Positions 28,348 through 37,496 of a stretch of 64,000 nucleotides of DNA are shown here, in pieces. The stretch is taken from assembly GCA_963844965.1 (NCBI GenBank), contig CAWJQC010000008.1, positions 1 through 64,000 on the forward strand, written 5' to 3'. How positions within the stretch are numbered: the stretch's first letter is position 1; the number at the start of each line of letters is the position of its first letter. The translations under genes and the position numbers were made by a program. This DNA is from an uncultured bacterium. GTDB taxonomy: Bacteria > Patescibacteriota > Minisyncoccia > UBA6257 > 2-01-FULL-56-20. The notes under the pieces are model-generated. The model did no database searches and was not told the DNA's origin. It saw only the letters and a list, made by a program, of their open reading frames with translations.

Positions 28348-29087
28348 GATATCTGATACCTATTGCTATTTTTATCATGGCCTTCGACACCATGCGTGAA
28401 TTCGGTTTTTCGCTTATCCGCGCCATGGAAAAAATGGAGTGGGAAACCGCCCTCTTCATGCTCACGAATGCCGGCATTGTCGTTTTCGGATTCGTCTTTC
28501 TCTATTTCTCCAAAACCGCGGCGTCATTCACCTATTCTTACGCCATGGGAGATGCCATCGGCCTTGCGGCCACCATCTACGTCCTAAGAAATAAATTTAG
28601 GAATCTTTTTGCCAATTTTTCCGGGAAACTAATCGGGTTCATTTTTTCTTCCGCGTGGCCATTTGCGATATCGGGGGCTCTGGGAGCGTTGCTCACCAAT
28701 ACCGACATATTGCTTATCGGCTGGCTCAAAACAACCACGGATGTGGGTTTGTACTCGGCTATCCTACGGATCGTCCAAATTTTATATCTCCTGCCGGCGA
28801 TCATAACCGCAAGCACACTGCCGCTGCTTTCCAGGCTTGCCAAACTGGACAGCCACAAATTCAGAGCAGTGCTTGAAAGAATCCTGAGCGTGTCCTTCCT
28901 TGCGTCCATTCCAATGGCTCTCGGAGGAGCCGTGCTCAGCACCAAAATCGTGGCCCTCGTATTCGGAGCCGGATATCTGGGGCCGCGCCTTCCTACCAAA
29001 TCCTCATGCTTACGCTGCTCGTGGATTTCCCGGCCGCCATTCTTTCGGCCGCCGTATTCACCCATAACCGCCAAAGAAATCTCATAG
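28041..29087 (+). CDS. Wzx-like flippase, fragment 2 of 3. It is productive from about 28250 to about 28985.
   Basis: STSLFIKIVLLAV... through ...VFGAGYLG aligns with the intact paralog. The first about 70 aa of this ORF are out-of-frame noise. Confidence 0.7.
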   Translation: MVRGNELRRQNAPRRGHNLRSKGLGGQRIRSFFLRPISGRFPHRIHRHRHKPDTCEGNGENGGRALPLTDLSTSLFIKIVLLAVCTTLVLVFTPLITKDSNIRYLIPIAIFIMAFDTMREFGFSLIRAMEKMEWETALFMLTNAGIVVFGFVFLYFSKTAASFTYSYAMGDAIGLAATIYVLRNKFRNLFANFSGKLIGFIFSSAWPFAISGALGALLTNTDILLIGWLKTTTDVGLYSAILRIVQILYLLPAIITASTLPLLSRLAKLDSHKFRAVLERILSVSFLASIPMALGGAVLSTKIVALVFGAGYLGPRLPTKSSCLRCSWISRPPFFRPPYSPITAKEIS

Positions 29088-29470
29088 CGTACTCCGCCAT
29101 CGGCGGGTTTTTCAATGTCTTCTTTGACCTGCTTTTAATACCGAAATTCGGCATTGTCGGTTCCGCCTGGTCAACGTTCTGCGCGCAAATAATAAGCAAT
29201 GCCTACCTTTGGCACTTGATGAACAAGATCAACCCCTTCGGTGTCTTCCAGCATCTAAGAAAGATCATTTTTGCGGCCATCGTCATGGCGATATTCGCGC
29301 TCGCCGCTTCCGGCTTCGGCGTGAACGTGCTCCTCATCATAGCCGCTTCGGTGCTTATATACTTCGGCATCCTTATCGCGCTCAAAGAACCCCTCCTTAA
29401 AGAAATCAAACTCATCCTGCAACCAGCCGTTTCAGACGGGCGAGGAAACGGTGCAGCGGCCTCTCAATGA
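29006..29470 (+). CDS. Wzx-like flippase, fragment 3 of 3. Its frame extends upstream to about 28990.
   Basis: APSYQILMLTLLVDFPAA... aligns with the paralog C-terminus. The junction sits at a GGGG run (28977-28980). Confidence 0.7.
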   Translation: MLTLLVDFPAAILSAAVFTHNRQRNLIAYSAIGGFFNVFFDLLLIPKFGIVGSAWSTFCAQIISNAYLWHLMNKINPFGVFQHLRKIIFAAIVMAIFALAASGFGVNVLLIIAASVLIYFGILIALKEPLLKEIKLILQPAVSDGRGNGAAASQ

Positions 29471-30236
29471 ACCGCGGCAGAAAAGAATAAATATACTGGA
29501 TCCAATTGAAGGCCAGCGCCGGCAAATAATGCGGATAATTTTTTTTGTAGCGCCGCATTACAACAAGCGCTACATTGAAGTGTTCGCGCATTTTAACCAT
29601 GGAAATATTTTCCCCACTCATGGTGTAATACGCGAAATACTCCGGAAAATTATATAGTTTCCCCTTAAGCCCGAGCTTAAGCCAAAAATCGCGGTCGGCA
29701 TTGTAGCGCAGAGCGCCGTCGTACCAGCCGACCGCTTCCCCTGCTGCCCGGCGGAACACGGTCGTGCTGTTCGCCATCGGATTGGAAAAAAGCGTATGGT
29801 CGCGAATCTGTTCGTCCGTTTCCGGCTTCAAATAGCGATAGAGTTCCTTGCCGTTCTTGTCCGTCACTATCATTCCCCCTCCGCAAGCGACATACTCGCG
29901 ATTTTTCTCAAGGAACGCCACCTGTTTTTCCAATTTTCGCGGATCCGCCCAGAGGTCATCGTCATCATGGATGGCGACGTAAACGCCCTTCGCGAGACGG
30001 AATCCCTGATTGTAATTCCTCGCCGGTCCCTGATTTACTTCGCTCCGGACATACACGATCCGCGCTTCGCGCTTTCGCCATTCGCCGACGACTTCCGGCG
30101 TATTGTCGGTTGAGCCATCGTCGGTAATAATCAATTCCCAATCAGTAAGCGTCTGCGCGCGCGCCGATTCAATCGCGCGGCCGAGCATCCCGGCGCGGTT
30201 CCATGTGGGCATTATTATGCTGACTTTCGGGCTCAT
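29412..30236 (-). CDS. Glycosyltransferase family 2.
   Basis: VSIIMPTWNRAGML...ITDDGSTDNT...DDDD. Confidence 0.8.
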   Translation of the reverse strand: MSPKVSIIMPTWNRAGMLGRAIESARAQTLTDWELIITDDGSTDNTPEVVGEWRKREARIVYVRSEVNQGPARNYNQGFRLAKGVYVAIHDDDDLWADPRKLEKQVAFLEKNREYVACGGGMIVTDKNGKELYRYLKPETDEQIRDHTLFSNPMANSTTVFRRAAGEAVGWYDGALRYNADRDFWLKLGLKGKLYNFPEYFAYYTMSGENISMVKMREHFNVALVVMRRYKKNYPHYLPALAFNWIQYIYSFLPRFIERPLHRFLARLKRLVAG

Positions 30237-30347
30237 AATTACTTAAAAATAGCAGAAAAAAATATATTTGACAAATTTTAAACAATATACTATCGTATAC
30301 ACAGCTCTATTCCCAAAATGATTGCGGACAGAAGCGGAGGGTGGACA

Positions 30348-31208
30348 ATGGAATTCGAAAACTTTACTCACGACTTAAGACACCTTTGCATGGAACTGTT
30401 GCCGTACTACATCGGCAGCGCTCACGAAAAAATGGACACAAAAGCCAAGGAGGACGGAACACCAGTCACAGACCTCGACAATTATACTCTTAAACGATTT
30501 AGAGACCTCATTACTTCAAGATTTCCCGGCCATTTCACAATCGGCGAGGAAGACAAAAGAAGCGCCGAAGAAACGGCAAGAATTATCAGCCGCGAAGATC
30601 AATATCAATGGTCAATCGATGGGCTTGACGGTACTTGGCACTACGAAGCCGGCACGAATTCATACGGAGCCGCCCTCGCCCTGCGTTACGGACCGACACT
30701 GCTCTACGCGATGTATTTCCGGCCAATCGACATGATGCTCCGCGGAAACGGACTTTTCTGGGCCGAGCGCGGTAATGGCGCCTGGGAATGGTGCGGCTGC
30801 AAAAAATGCGGAGGCAGATACCATCGCCTCCACACGGTCCCATATAATTCCCGCCGACTAACCATACTTCTTGAAGGATCTTCCAAGCGGTTCTGGACGA
30901 CATCGGTGCGTAACATCGGCGCGAATATAACCACGCGGCCAAGCTTGTCAAGCTGTATCGCCACGACAACCATCGCACGCGGCGAAAGCCTGGAAGCGCG
31001 CGTACTCGTGACTTCCGGCCACAAACCATGGGATGGATGGCCGATCGCGTTGTTTATTGAAGAAGCAAGCCGGGAAACTGGCGGCAAAGTTACAGACCAC
31101 CAAGGAAACCCCTATTCGGCCAGCGACTGCAGTAATCTCGTCGCCGCCGGAAACGAAGTGGATCACACGCGCATAATTGAGTTACTAAATCCCAAAGAAG
31201 GAGGTTAG
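30348..31208 (+). CDS. Inositol monophosphatase / CysQ-family phosphatase with an unusual Cys-rich insertion.
   Basis: The ORF runs from 30318, but the likely start is ATG 30348, which has a GGAGGG RBS. Motifs VTDLD, WSIDGLDGT and WDGWPIALFIEEA are present. The insert is WEWCGCKKCGG. Confidence 0.6.
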   Translation: MEFENFTHDLRHLCMELLPYYIGSAHEKMDTKAKEDGTPVTDLDNYTLKRFRDLITSRFPGHFTIGEEDKRSAEETARIISREDQYQWSIDGLDGTWHYEAGTNSYGAALALRYGPTLLYAMYFRPIDMMLRGNGLFWAERGNGAWEWCGCKKCGGRYHRLHTVPYNSRRLTILLEGSSKRFWTTSVRNIGANITTRPSLSSCIATTTIARGESLEARVLVTSGHKPWDGWPIALFIEEASRETGGKVTDHQGNPYSASDCSNLVAAGNEVDHTRIIELLNPKEGG

Positions 31209-31212
31209 TAGA

Positions 31213-31842
31213 ATGGAACTACGTCAACCTACCCTAATCGGGGTATTCGGCTGGCCATTTTCCGGAAAAACATCTCTGGCGAACTCGCTTGCTGAAAAAC
31301 TTAGGATTCACGTCGTTGACATCAATGACGTCCGGCTACTTGCTATCGGGAAACCGTACTCGAATCCCAACGAATCGCCGGAGAAAAAACAGCGCGACGG
31401 CCAAGAAATGGGCGGCGCCTACCGTCTGCTCTTCGCTATCGCCGACTGGCACTTGGAGATGGGGCGCTCTCTTATAATCACTTGCACCCTGTCTCGCAAG
31501 CAAGGCGGACAAGACAAACTCCGGGCAGTATACGAAAAATATCCTCGTGCCCGGGTACGCTTCATCCAATGTGTGCCGGAAAACGATGCAAACGAAACCG
31601 TTGATACCCTAATTCGCAAAGCTCGCGAAAAAGAAGTCATGACCCCATGGGGTCCATACAAGGACCCAGTGAACACCATTGAGCGATACCTTGAAGTGAA
31701 GGGACGCTACAATCCGATCGAGCTACCGCACCTTAAAATTCCGACATGGGGTTCTGGCAACTCCATTGAGGACGAAGTGCGTCTCGCACTCAACTACATT
31801 CTCCGTCCCCAAGTGCACGATTATCCGGAAATTTGCCCGTAG
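31213..31842 (+). CDS. P-loop NTPase/kinase-fold protein.
   Basis: Walker A GWPFSGKTSLANSLAEKL. AGGAGG RBS. Forms a pair with the phosphatase upstream. Confidence 0.55.
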   Translation: MELRQPTLIGVFGWPFSGKTSLANSLAEKLRIHVVDINDVRLLAIGKPYSNPNESPEKKQRDGQEMGGAYRLLFAIADWHLEMGRSLIITCTLSRKQGGQDKLRAVYEKYPRARVRFIQCVPENDANETVDTLIRKAREKEVMTPWGPYKDPVNTIERYLEVKGRYNPIELPHLKIPTWGSGNSIEDEVRLALNYILRPQVHDYPEICP

Positions 31843-31873
31843 AATTCTGGAGGGTCAAATTCAGATCATTCAC

Positions 31874-31901
31874 GCCGCACGCAAGCTGTGCGGCTTTTTT
31901 A
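31874..31901 (+). terminator. Rho-independent terminator.
   Basis: gccgcac-gcaagct-gtgcggc followed by TTTTTTA. Confidence 0.7.
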
Positions 31902-32642
31902 TGGCCGCACCTTATTTTTCTCTAGGTACTTTTGCACGTCCCTATACCGCTCCATTGTGCCGATATCGTACAGATAATCGTCGGTTTCGTATCCGTAAAA
32001 TATTCCGCCGCCGGCGACAACTTCCGGCAGAAGTTTTCTGTCCAGATCGTAGGGAGTGGCAGGCGGAATATTCGCCAATATTTTCTTATTTAAAATATAA
32101 CCGGCGTCAAGAGTCCGCATGTTGTCGGCCAATTTCCTATATTGATGCGGTTTTGTGTGAACCTTCAAAAATCTCAGGTCATGGTCAACCTCAACCAAGT
32201 CCGAATCCTGCGGATGGTCGTTGCGGCCAACCACCATCATGCCGAGCACTTTTGGCTTCGCGAAGAACGCCTTGGCCATCTTCGCGTAATCCACCAAACT
32301 GAACATGTCGCCGTACATCACAAAAAAATTTTCAGCGAGGCGCGGTTCAAATTGCTTAATTCCGCCGGCCGTTCCCAAAATTTGCGGCTCAAAAGCGTAA
32401 ACAATCTTCACCTCCCACATAGAACCGTCGCCGAAATAATTTTTGATAACCTCCGGCATGTAGTGGAGGTTGATGAAAAATTCCCGGACTCCGTGCTTTT
32501 TGAACTGGCCTATGTGCCATTCAAGCAGCGGTTTCCCACCGACCGGAACCATGACCTTCGGAATATTGTGGGTTACAGGCCGGAGGCGCGTGCCGAGACC
32601 AGCCGAGAGAATAATGGCCTGCCCGATGGATTCTCGCGACAT
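31899..32642 (-). CDS. hddC: Sugar-1-phosphate nucleotidyltransferase, likely D-glycero-alpha-D-manno-heptose-1-phosphate guanylyltransferase.
   Basis: AIILSAGLGTRLRPVT motif. Adjacent to gmhA and hddA. Confidence 0.7.
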   Translation of the reverse strand: MSRESIGQAIILSAGLGTRLRPVTHNIPKVMVPVGGKPLLEWHIGQFKKHGVREFFINLHYMPEVIKNYFGDGSMWEVKIVYAFEPQILGTAGGIKQFEPRLAENFFVMYGDMFSLVDYAKMAKAFFAKPKVLGMMVVGRNDHPQDSDLVEVDHDLRFLKVHTKPHQYRKLADNMRTLDAGYILNKKILANIPPATPYDLDRKLLPEVVAGGGIFYGYETDDYLYDIGTMERYRDVQKYLEKNKVRP

Positions 32643-32648
32643 CTTAAT

Positions 32649-33254
32649 TCACCCGGAATTGGCCGCCAAGTGTTCAAAATAGTCCTTAAAGTACTGCGTC
32701 ATCAAATGCAAGATCGTGCCGTGAATACTTTCCACAATGCCGTATTCGCCTTTTCCCGTCTTGACCAAAATTTTCGCGTCGGCCAGCTCGTTCAATTTCC
32801 CTCCGTCAAAACCGGAAAGTCCGATGACCTGAACGTGCCGTTTCTTTGCCAACTCCACGGCTTTTATAACGTTCGGCGAATTGCCCGAGCTGGAGATGGC
32901 GATCACCACGTCCGAATCCTGAAGGTAATTTTTCAGCGGTCCCGCGAAAACCATATCGTAACCGACGTCGTTCGCCCAGGCGGTCAATTCTTCCTCGGTC
33001 GTCGGCACTCTTATCGCCTGAAAGCGCTTGGCATGTTTTTCCAAACCATCACTGTGGCCGAAAACAGTTTTATTGAAATCGCTGACCCAGTGGGTCGCCA
33101 AGGCGAGCGAACCGCCGTTCCCAAAAATATAAACCCGTCCGTCGCGCTCATAAACCGCCTGCAAAATATTCAAAGCCCTGGCGATCTCCACGCTCGGCAG
33201 ATTTTTCAGGGAAGCCTCGGCTTTGGCGGCAAAATTTTTTATGTAATCCTCCAT
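32649..33254 (-). CDS. gmhA: Sedoheptulose-7-phosphate isomerase (SIS domain).
   Basis: SIS motifs (IFGNGGSLALATH, AISSSGNSPNVIKA) and GmhA-like length (201 aa). Confidence 0.85.
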   Translation of the reverse strand: MEDYIKNFAAKAEASLKNLPSVEIARALNILQAVYERDGRVYIFGNGGSLALATHWVSDFNKTVFGHSDGLEKHAKRFQAIRVPTTEEELTAWANDVGYDMVFAGPLKNYLQDSDVVIAISSSGNSPNVIKAVELAKKRHVQVIGLSGFDGGKLNELADAKILVKTGKGEYGIVESIHGTILHLMTQYFKDYFEHLAANSG

Positions 33255-33261
33255 GGTAAAA

Positions 33262-33383
33262 AACTGAAAATGTAAATATCAAAATGTAAAATGACAATGC
33301 AAAATGTCGAAGTGAACTTTATAACTCGTTAATTTTAAAATTTGAATTGTCATTTTGCACTTTGATTTTTAAACTTTGCTTTA
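33262..33383. repeat. AT-rich intergenic region with aaaatgtaaa-type direct repeats and an 11-bp inverted repeat (aaaatgacaat / attgtcatttt).
   Basis: gaaaatgtaaat, caaaatgtaaaa and gcaaaatgtcgaa direct repeats. Inverted repeats at about 33284-33294 and 33344-33354. Confidence 0.4.
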
Positions 33384-34403
33384 TTAGGCGAAACTTGTCT
33401 GCTGGTCGCCGTTAAACAGCACCTCCGCTCCCGACTGAACAAATTTAATGGGAATTTCCTTGAAATCCGCGGGGTTGTTTCCCGCGGCAACTTTCGCGAC
33501 TGCTTCGCGGACAGCCGGTTTTTTATCTACTGGAGCGAGGAACATCACACAACCTCCGCCGCCGGCGCCGGCGATCTTTCCTCCCCAGGCACCATTCGAC
33601 ATCCCGGCTTCGTAAAGCTTATCAATAACAGAATTTGATACGTTTGACGCGAGCGTTTTCTTCCGCATCCACCCCTCGTGGAGCATCTCGCCCATGCCGC
33701 GCACATCGCCGGCCAAAAGTTTTTTGGAAAACTCCGGAACGGAGTCGGACATTTCCTTCATGGTTTCAAATTTCTTGCCTATATTCGCTTTCTCTTCGGT
33801 GAGCACGCTAGCCGCCAGCCGCGTAACGCCGGTATAGAACAGGAGAAGGTGGTCTTCCAGCGTTAATCTTTTCTTGTAGTCCAAAAGCACCGGTTCTACA
33901 CCGACATAATTGTCGGGTCTGAATTCAAAAACATTCAGCCCGCCGAATGCCGCCGCATACTGGTCCTGTTTGCCGATGGGTTCGCGCAAAAGTTCTATCT
34001 CAAGACGGCAGGCGGCCTCAGCGGCGCCTCTCGCATCAATTTTTCTGCCCTGATAGGCAAGCAAACCCTTCAATAACGCCACCGAAAAACTGGACGACGA
34101 GCCAAGACCGGTTTGCGCCGGAAGTGAGGCGAAAGATCCTATTTCAATCCCCTTTTCAATCCCCAGATCCATAAGCGCCGCCCTTATTCGCGTGTGTTTT
34201 ATATCGGAAGCGCGGTCAACTGTTTCGGAAACTTTATAGCGGGCAGACACTTTATCAACCAGAGGAGTCCGCATAACCGCGACGTACACAAACTGATCTA
34301 TGGCGGCCGAAACGACGCGCCCGGGATATCGGCGGTAAAAATCGGGCAGGTCGGTTCCCCCACCCACGAAACTAAGACGCATTGGCGCTCTTACTACTAT
34401 CAT
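33384..34403 (-). CDS. hddA: GHMP-family kinase, likely D-glycero-alpha-D-manno-heptose-7-phosphate kinase.
   Basis: The ORF runs to 34454, but the likely start is ATG 34401-34403 (MIVVRAPMRLSFVGGGTD). GHMP motif PAQTGLGSSSS. Confidence 0.8.
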   Translation of the reverse strand: MIVVRAPMRLSFVGGGTDLPDFYRRYPGRVVSAAIDQFVYVAVMRTPLVDKVSARYKVSETVDRASDIKHTRIRAALMDLGIEKGIEIGSFASLPAQTGLGSSSSFSVALLKGLLAYQGRKIDARGAAEAACRLEIELLREPIGKQDQYAAAFGGLNVFEFRPDNYVGVEPVLLDYKKRLTLEDHLLLFYTGVTRLAASVLTEEKANIGKKFETMKEMSDSVPEFSKKLLAGDVRGMGEMLHEGWMRKKTLASNVSNSVIDKLYEAGMSNGAWGGKIAGAGGGGCVMFLAPVDKKPAVREAVAKVAAGNNPADFKEIPIKFVQSGAEVLFNGDQQTSFA

Positions 34404-34533
34404 ATTAGTGCAAAAACTCGCTTGCCCGCGCCATTTCAGCGCATAGAAACACACTATGACAAAACACGATTTCTGTCAAAGACAGCCGGCTTCGGTTTTT
34501 CGGAATGAACAACCCGACTGAATCCCGCTTTTA

Positions 34534-35781
34534 TTACAGCACTGTTCCCGACTTGCTTTTAAGCGTCTTAAATACATCATATATTTTCGCCGCGGTGACC
34601 CCGTTCGCCTCGCCGCTCACGTGCACCGCATCCACATAATAAGCGTGCGGCCTGCCGGCAAACTCTCCGCTCAAATCCTCAAAATTATTCAGGTGATACG
34701 AGTCAACATCGTCCAGCGTCTCACGATACAACGCGACCAATTTTTGGTCCGTAAGACGGGGGTCTAGATTATAGATAGATTTCTCGCCCGTCGTGGGATC
34801 GTTGCTGAACATCAAACTCGGCTGCCAAAAATCAAAATATTTAAATCCATAAACCTTGGAAAGGGCGTCGAGCATTTCGTGTGTTTTTTTATAATAATCC
34901 GCGATCTGCTGGCCGAACGGAGTCAAATCCGCACTTGATTTGGTATCGCCATTTTTAAACAGCACAAGATTGCGGAGACGGACGAGGAACGGGCTTAGCT
35001 CGTCGCGCAGGAAAGGCGTGTTGCGCGAAATAATCAAGGCCGCCTTACAGAGCATACATCCGTTAATGACCCGGTTCTTAACAAAGTCCGTTATTTTCTG
35101 CCAAGTCGTCCCCTCAAGCTTGATCCTGATGCTCGGCTCGTATTCCAGCGCGCCAACTTCTCCGGCTTCATAGGCATTATCAATGTCGTTCGTGCCGTCA
35201 TAAAAAATCACGTAATCAAAATGTTTGCCGTCGCGCAGAAGCAGTATCAATTTCATAAGGCTTTGCGTGAACGTATAGCTCGAGGCGCCGTAGTTCGTGA
35301 CTTCATAGACATTTCCGTCCTTCGCGGCGTTCGCGAGCTTTGAAAAATGAGAGGGAATCGTTTCGTCGTCCACCGCCCCCAATCCCTGCATAGTGGACCC
35401 GCCGAAAAATCCGATGGTCACAACCTTGGTTGAGGACGTAATGGCGACGTCCGGATTCCATGTCTTGCGTATGCGGTTTGAATAATTGTACGTGGGGGTG
35501 GAACAATCCTCCGGCGTGTCAAAAAGCAGATAACGGGAATAAGAGGTGCTGTGTTTCGCCGCCGTCTGCCTTGCGCACTCTTCCATATCCCTGAAAAACT
35601 CCTGCTCCTGCGGCATGAGCTTATACGCCTCCATTGTTGTCTTTTTCTCATAGTCACCGAATTTGGAGAATAAAAACTCGGCCGCGTATTCCAAGAGAAC
35701 GAGAAAAACGATAACGAGAATGACCGTGAAAAATATTTTCTTTTTTCTGCTCATTGCCGTCAGCCCCAAATTATTTGACAT
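34534..35781 (-). CDS. Membrane-anchored SGNH/GDSL-family hydrolase, a putative glycan esterase/O-acyltransferase-associated protein.
   Basis: N-terminal TM. GDS-like block FFGGSTMQG, GxND block YDGTNDI and DxxH block DAVHVS. Confidence 0.6.
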   Translation of the reverse strand: MSNNLGLTAMSRKKKIFFTVILVIVFLVLLEYAAEFLFSKFGDYEKKTTMEAYKLMPQEQEFFRDMEECARQTAAKHSTSYSRYLLFDTPEDCSTPTYNYSNRIRKTWNPDVAITSSTKVVTIGFFGGSTMQGLGAVDDETIPSHFSKLANAAKDGNVYEVTNYGASSYTFTQSLMKLILLLRDGKHFDYVIFYDGTNDIDNAYEAGEVGALEYEPSIRIKLEGTTWQKITDFVKNRVINGCMLCKAALIISRNTPFLRDELSPFLVRLRNLVLFKNGDTKSSADLTPFGQQIADYYKKTHEMLDALSKVYGFKYFDFWQPSLMFSNDPTTGEKSIYNLDPRLTDQKLVALYRETLDDVDSYHLNNFEDLSGEFAGRPHAYYVDAVHVSGEANGVTAAKIYDVFKTLKSKSGTVL

Positions 35782-35833
35782 AGTTTATTAATTATAGACA
35801 GTGGCAATGCCCCGTCAAAATCAGCCGTCGGAC

Positions 35834-36781
35834 CTATATTTTTTTCAACAACAACCGGTGCTTCATCCGCCTCCAAAATGAGAGGAGCGACCGCCACGCC
35901 TTAGCCGGCAATATATCCACAACCAGCCGCCAAAGCGGGGAAAGGCCGTGGGCGCGATCCCGCGCCATGACCTTATCTCCGGCCATGAGGCAGGCGAAAA
36001 CAGCCTTAAGCTGAAAATTTTTGAGTATCTTTGAATAGCCGAATTTTTGCCGTTCGGAGCCGCTCAGAGTTTCGCCGAAACGCGCAAACAATTCCAGAGT
36101 TGTTCTCTTCATCTCCGGCTCAGACTCAACGGAAGACAGATTTCCAACGTTCCTGACCCTGTACCTGGCAAGCACATTATCAAGATAATAAAATTTCACG
36201 CCCGCGTGCGCCCACCTGAGCCACAAGTCCCAATCCTCTGAGCGTCGCAATCCTTCGTCAAAATAACCGTGTCTTTCAAAAACTTCGCGGCGAACCACAA
36301 CGGTCAAAGGATTCACGAATTGCCTGTGAAGCAGGGATTCCAAAATGTCGCCGGAGGGGTAACGATACCGATGGTGATAAATTTTTCTTGGTTCCGTGTC
36401 GGTGAAATGAAGCAAGTCGCAATAACAGACGCCGAAATCCGGTCTGGCTTCCAGCGCGGCCACCTGTTCTTTGATTTTATCCGGTAAAAAAATGTCGTCC
36501 GAATCAAGCAGCGCAATATAGCTGCCGCCTGAGGCGCGAATACCCGTGTTGCGCGCGCCGGCCAGCCCTTTATTAGCTTGGAAAATATATCTCACCTTCC
36601 TGTCTTTAAGAAACGGGGAAACGACCGCCTTCGTGTTGTCGGTCGAGCCATCGTCAACGATAATTACTTCGCAATTTTCGTAGGTCTGCGCCAAAGCCGA
36701 ATCTATCGCTTCCTTGATATAAGCAGAGGCGTTATACGCGGGAATTATTATGGAAACCAATTTTTCTTTCTTCGTAGCCAT
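35834..36781 (-). CDS. Glycosyltransferase family 2.
   Basis: VSIIIPAYNASAYI...IIVDDGSTDNT...DSDD. Confidence 0.8.
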   Translation of the reverse strand: MATKKEKLVSIIIPAYNASAYIKEAIDSALAQTYENCEVIIVDDGSTDNTKAVVSPFLKDRKVRYIFQANKGLAGARNTGIRASGGSYIALLDSDDIFLPDKIKEQVAALEARPDFGVCYCDLLHFTDTEPRKIYHHRYRYPSGDILESLLHRQFVNPLTVVVRREVFERHGYFDEGLRRSEDWDLWLRWAHAGVKFYYLDNVLARYRVRNVGNLSSVESEPEMKRTTLELFARFGETLSGSERQKFGYSKILKNFQLKAVFACLMAGDKVMARDRAHGLSPLWRLVVDILPAKAWRSLLSFWRRMKHRLLLKKI

Positions 36782-37494
36782 TAATCTTTAGTAAAGAAAA
36801 AGTCGCCGAAGATCCCGGCCCAGGAAAATCCGGCGCCATAAATCATATCCAAAACTTCTATGTAAAAGTGCTTGCGTCCGGCCCTGTAATAGATCGGATT
36901 TATTTCCATAAACAGATTGTCGATCTTGTCCCTGAAAATATCCTTGCCTCCCTCGATGAACTCTTTTTCCCAACCCTCGATATCAACCTTCATAAGGTCT
37001 ATTCTCGCAACGCCGAGCTCTTTAACTACGTCGTCCAATCTTCTCGTCTTGACCCCGAGGGAATTGCCGGCGCCATCGCTCGGGCGCAGAACAAAGGAAC
37101 TGCCGCCGCGATTCGGCTGAACGTGAAATTCAGCTTCACCGTTGCGGTCGGACAGGGCGCAATTGAAACACTTTGCCCGCTCGCCGAACCGTGCCGTCCG
37201 CTTTTTGAGCGCCGCGAACGATTCCGGAAGCGGTTCAAAACAATAAACGGTGGCCCGCGGAAAAGATTTCAAAAAGGTTACGGCCGTATCGCCAACGGCC
37301 GCGCCGACGTCGAAAACGACGCGAATGTTCCTTTTTCCGTTCTTTTTGTCCGCCACGATATCTATAACCTCGTAAATCCCGCTTTTGCCGACCAAGGCAT
37401 GTTTCAGGGGGCGCAGGGCCGACTTCAGCTTTTTCACCGGTCCGCAGCCGAACGTGCGGGAAATCAAATTATAAAGGGGCGGTGAAGATGGCAT
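36781..37494 (-). CDS. FkbM-family methyltransferase.
   Basis: FDVGAAVGDT ... IDLMKVDIEGWE. Confidence 0.75.
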   Translation of the reverse strand: MPSSPPLYNLISRTFGCGPVKKLKSALRPLKHALVGKSGIYEVIDIVADKKNGKRNIRVVFDVGAAVGDTAVTFLKSFPRATVYCFEPLPESFAALKKRTARFGERAKCFNCALSDRNGEAEFHVQPNRGGSSFVLRPSDGAGNSLGVKTRRLDDVVKELGVARIDLMKVDIEGWEKEFIEGGKDIFRDKIDNLFMEINPIYYRAGRKHFYIEVLDMIYGAGFSWAGIFGDFFFTKD

Positions 37495-37496
37495 TG

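Noticed and set aside
32142..33275. 377-aa plus-strand ORF opposite hddC/gmhA
   Set aside because: It overlaps two strongly supported minus-strand genes. Its translation is Arg/His-rich noise typical of antisense GC-rich frames.
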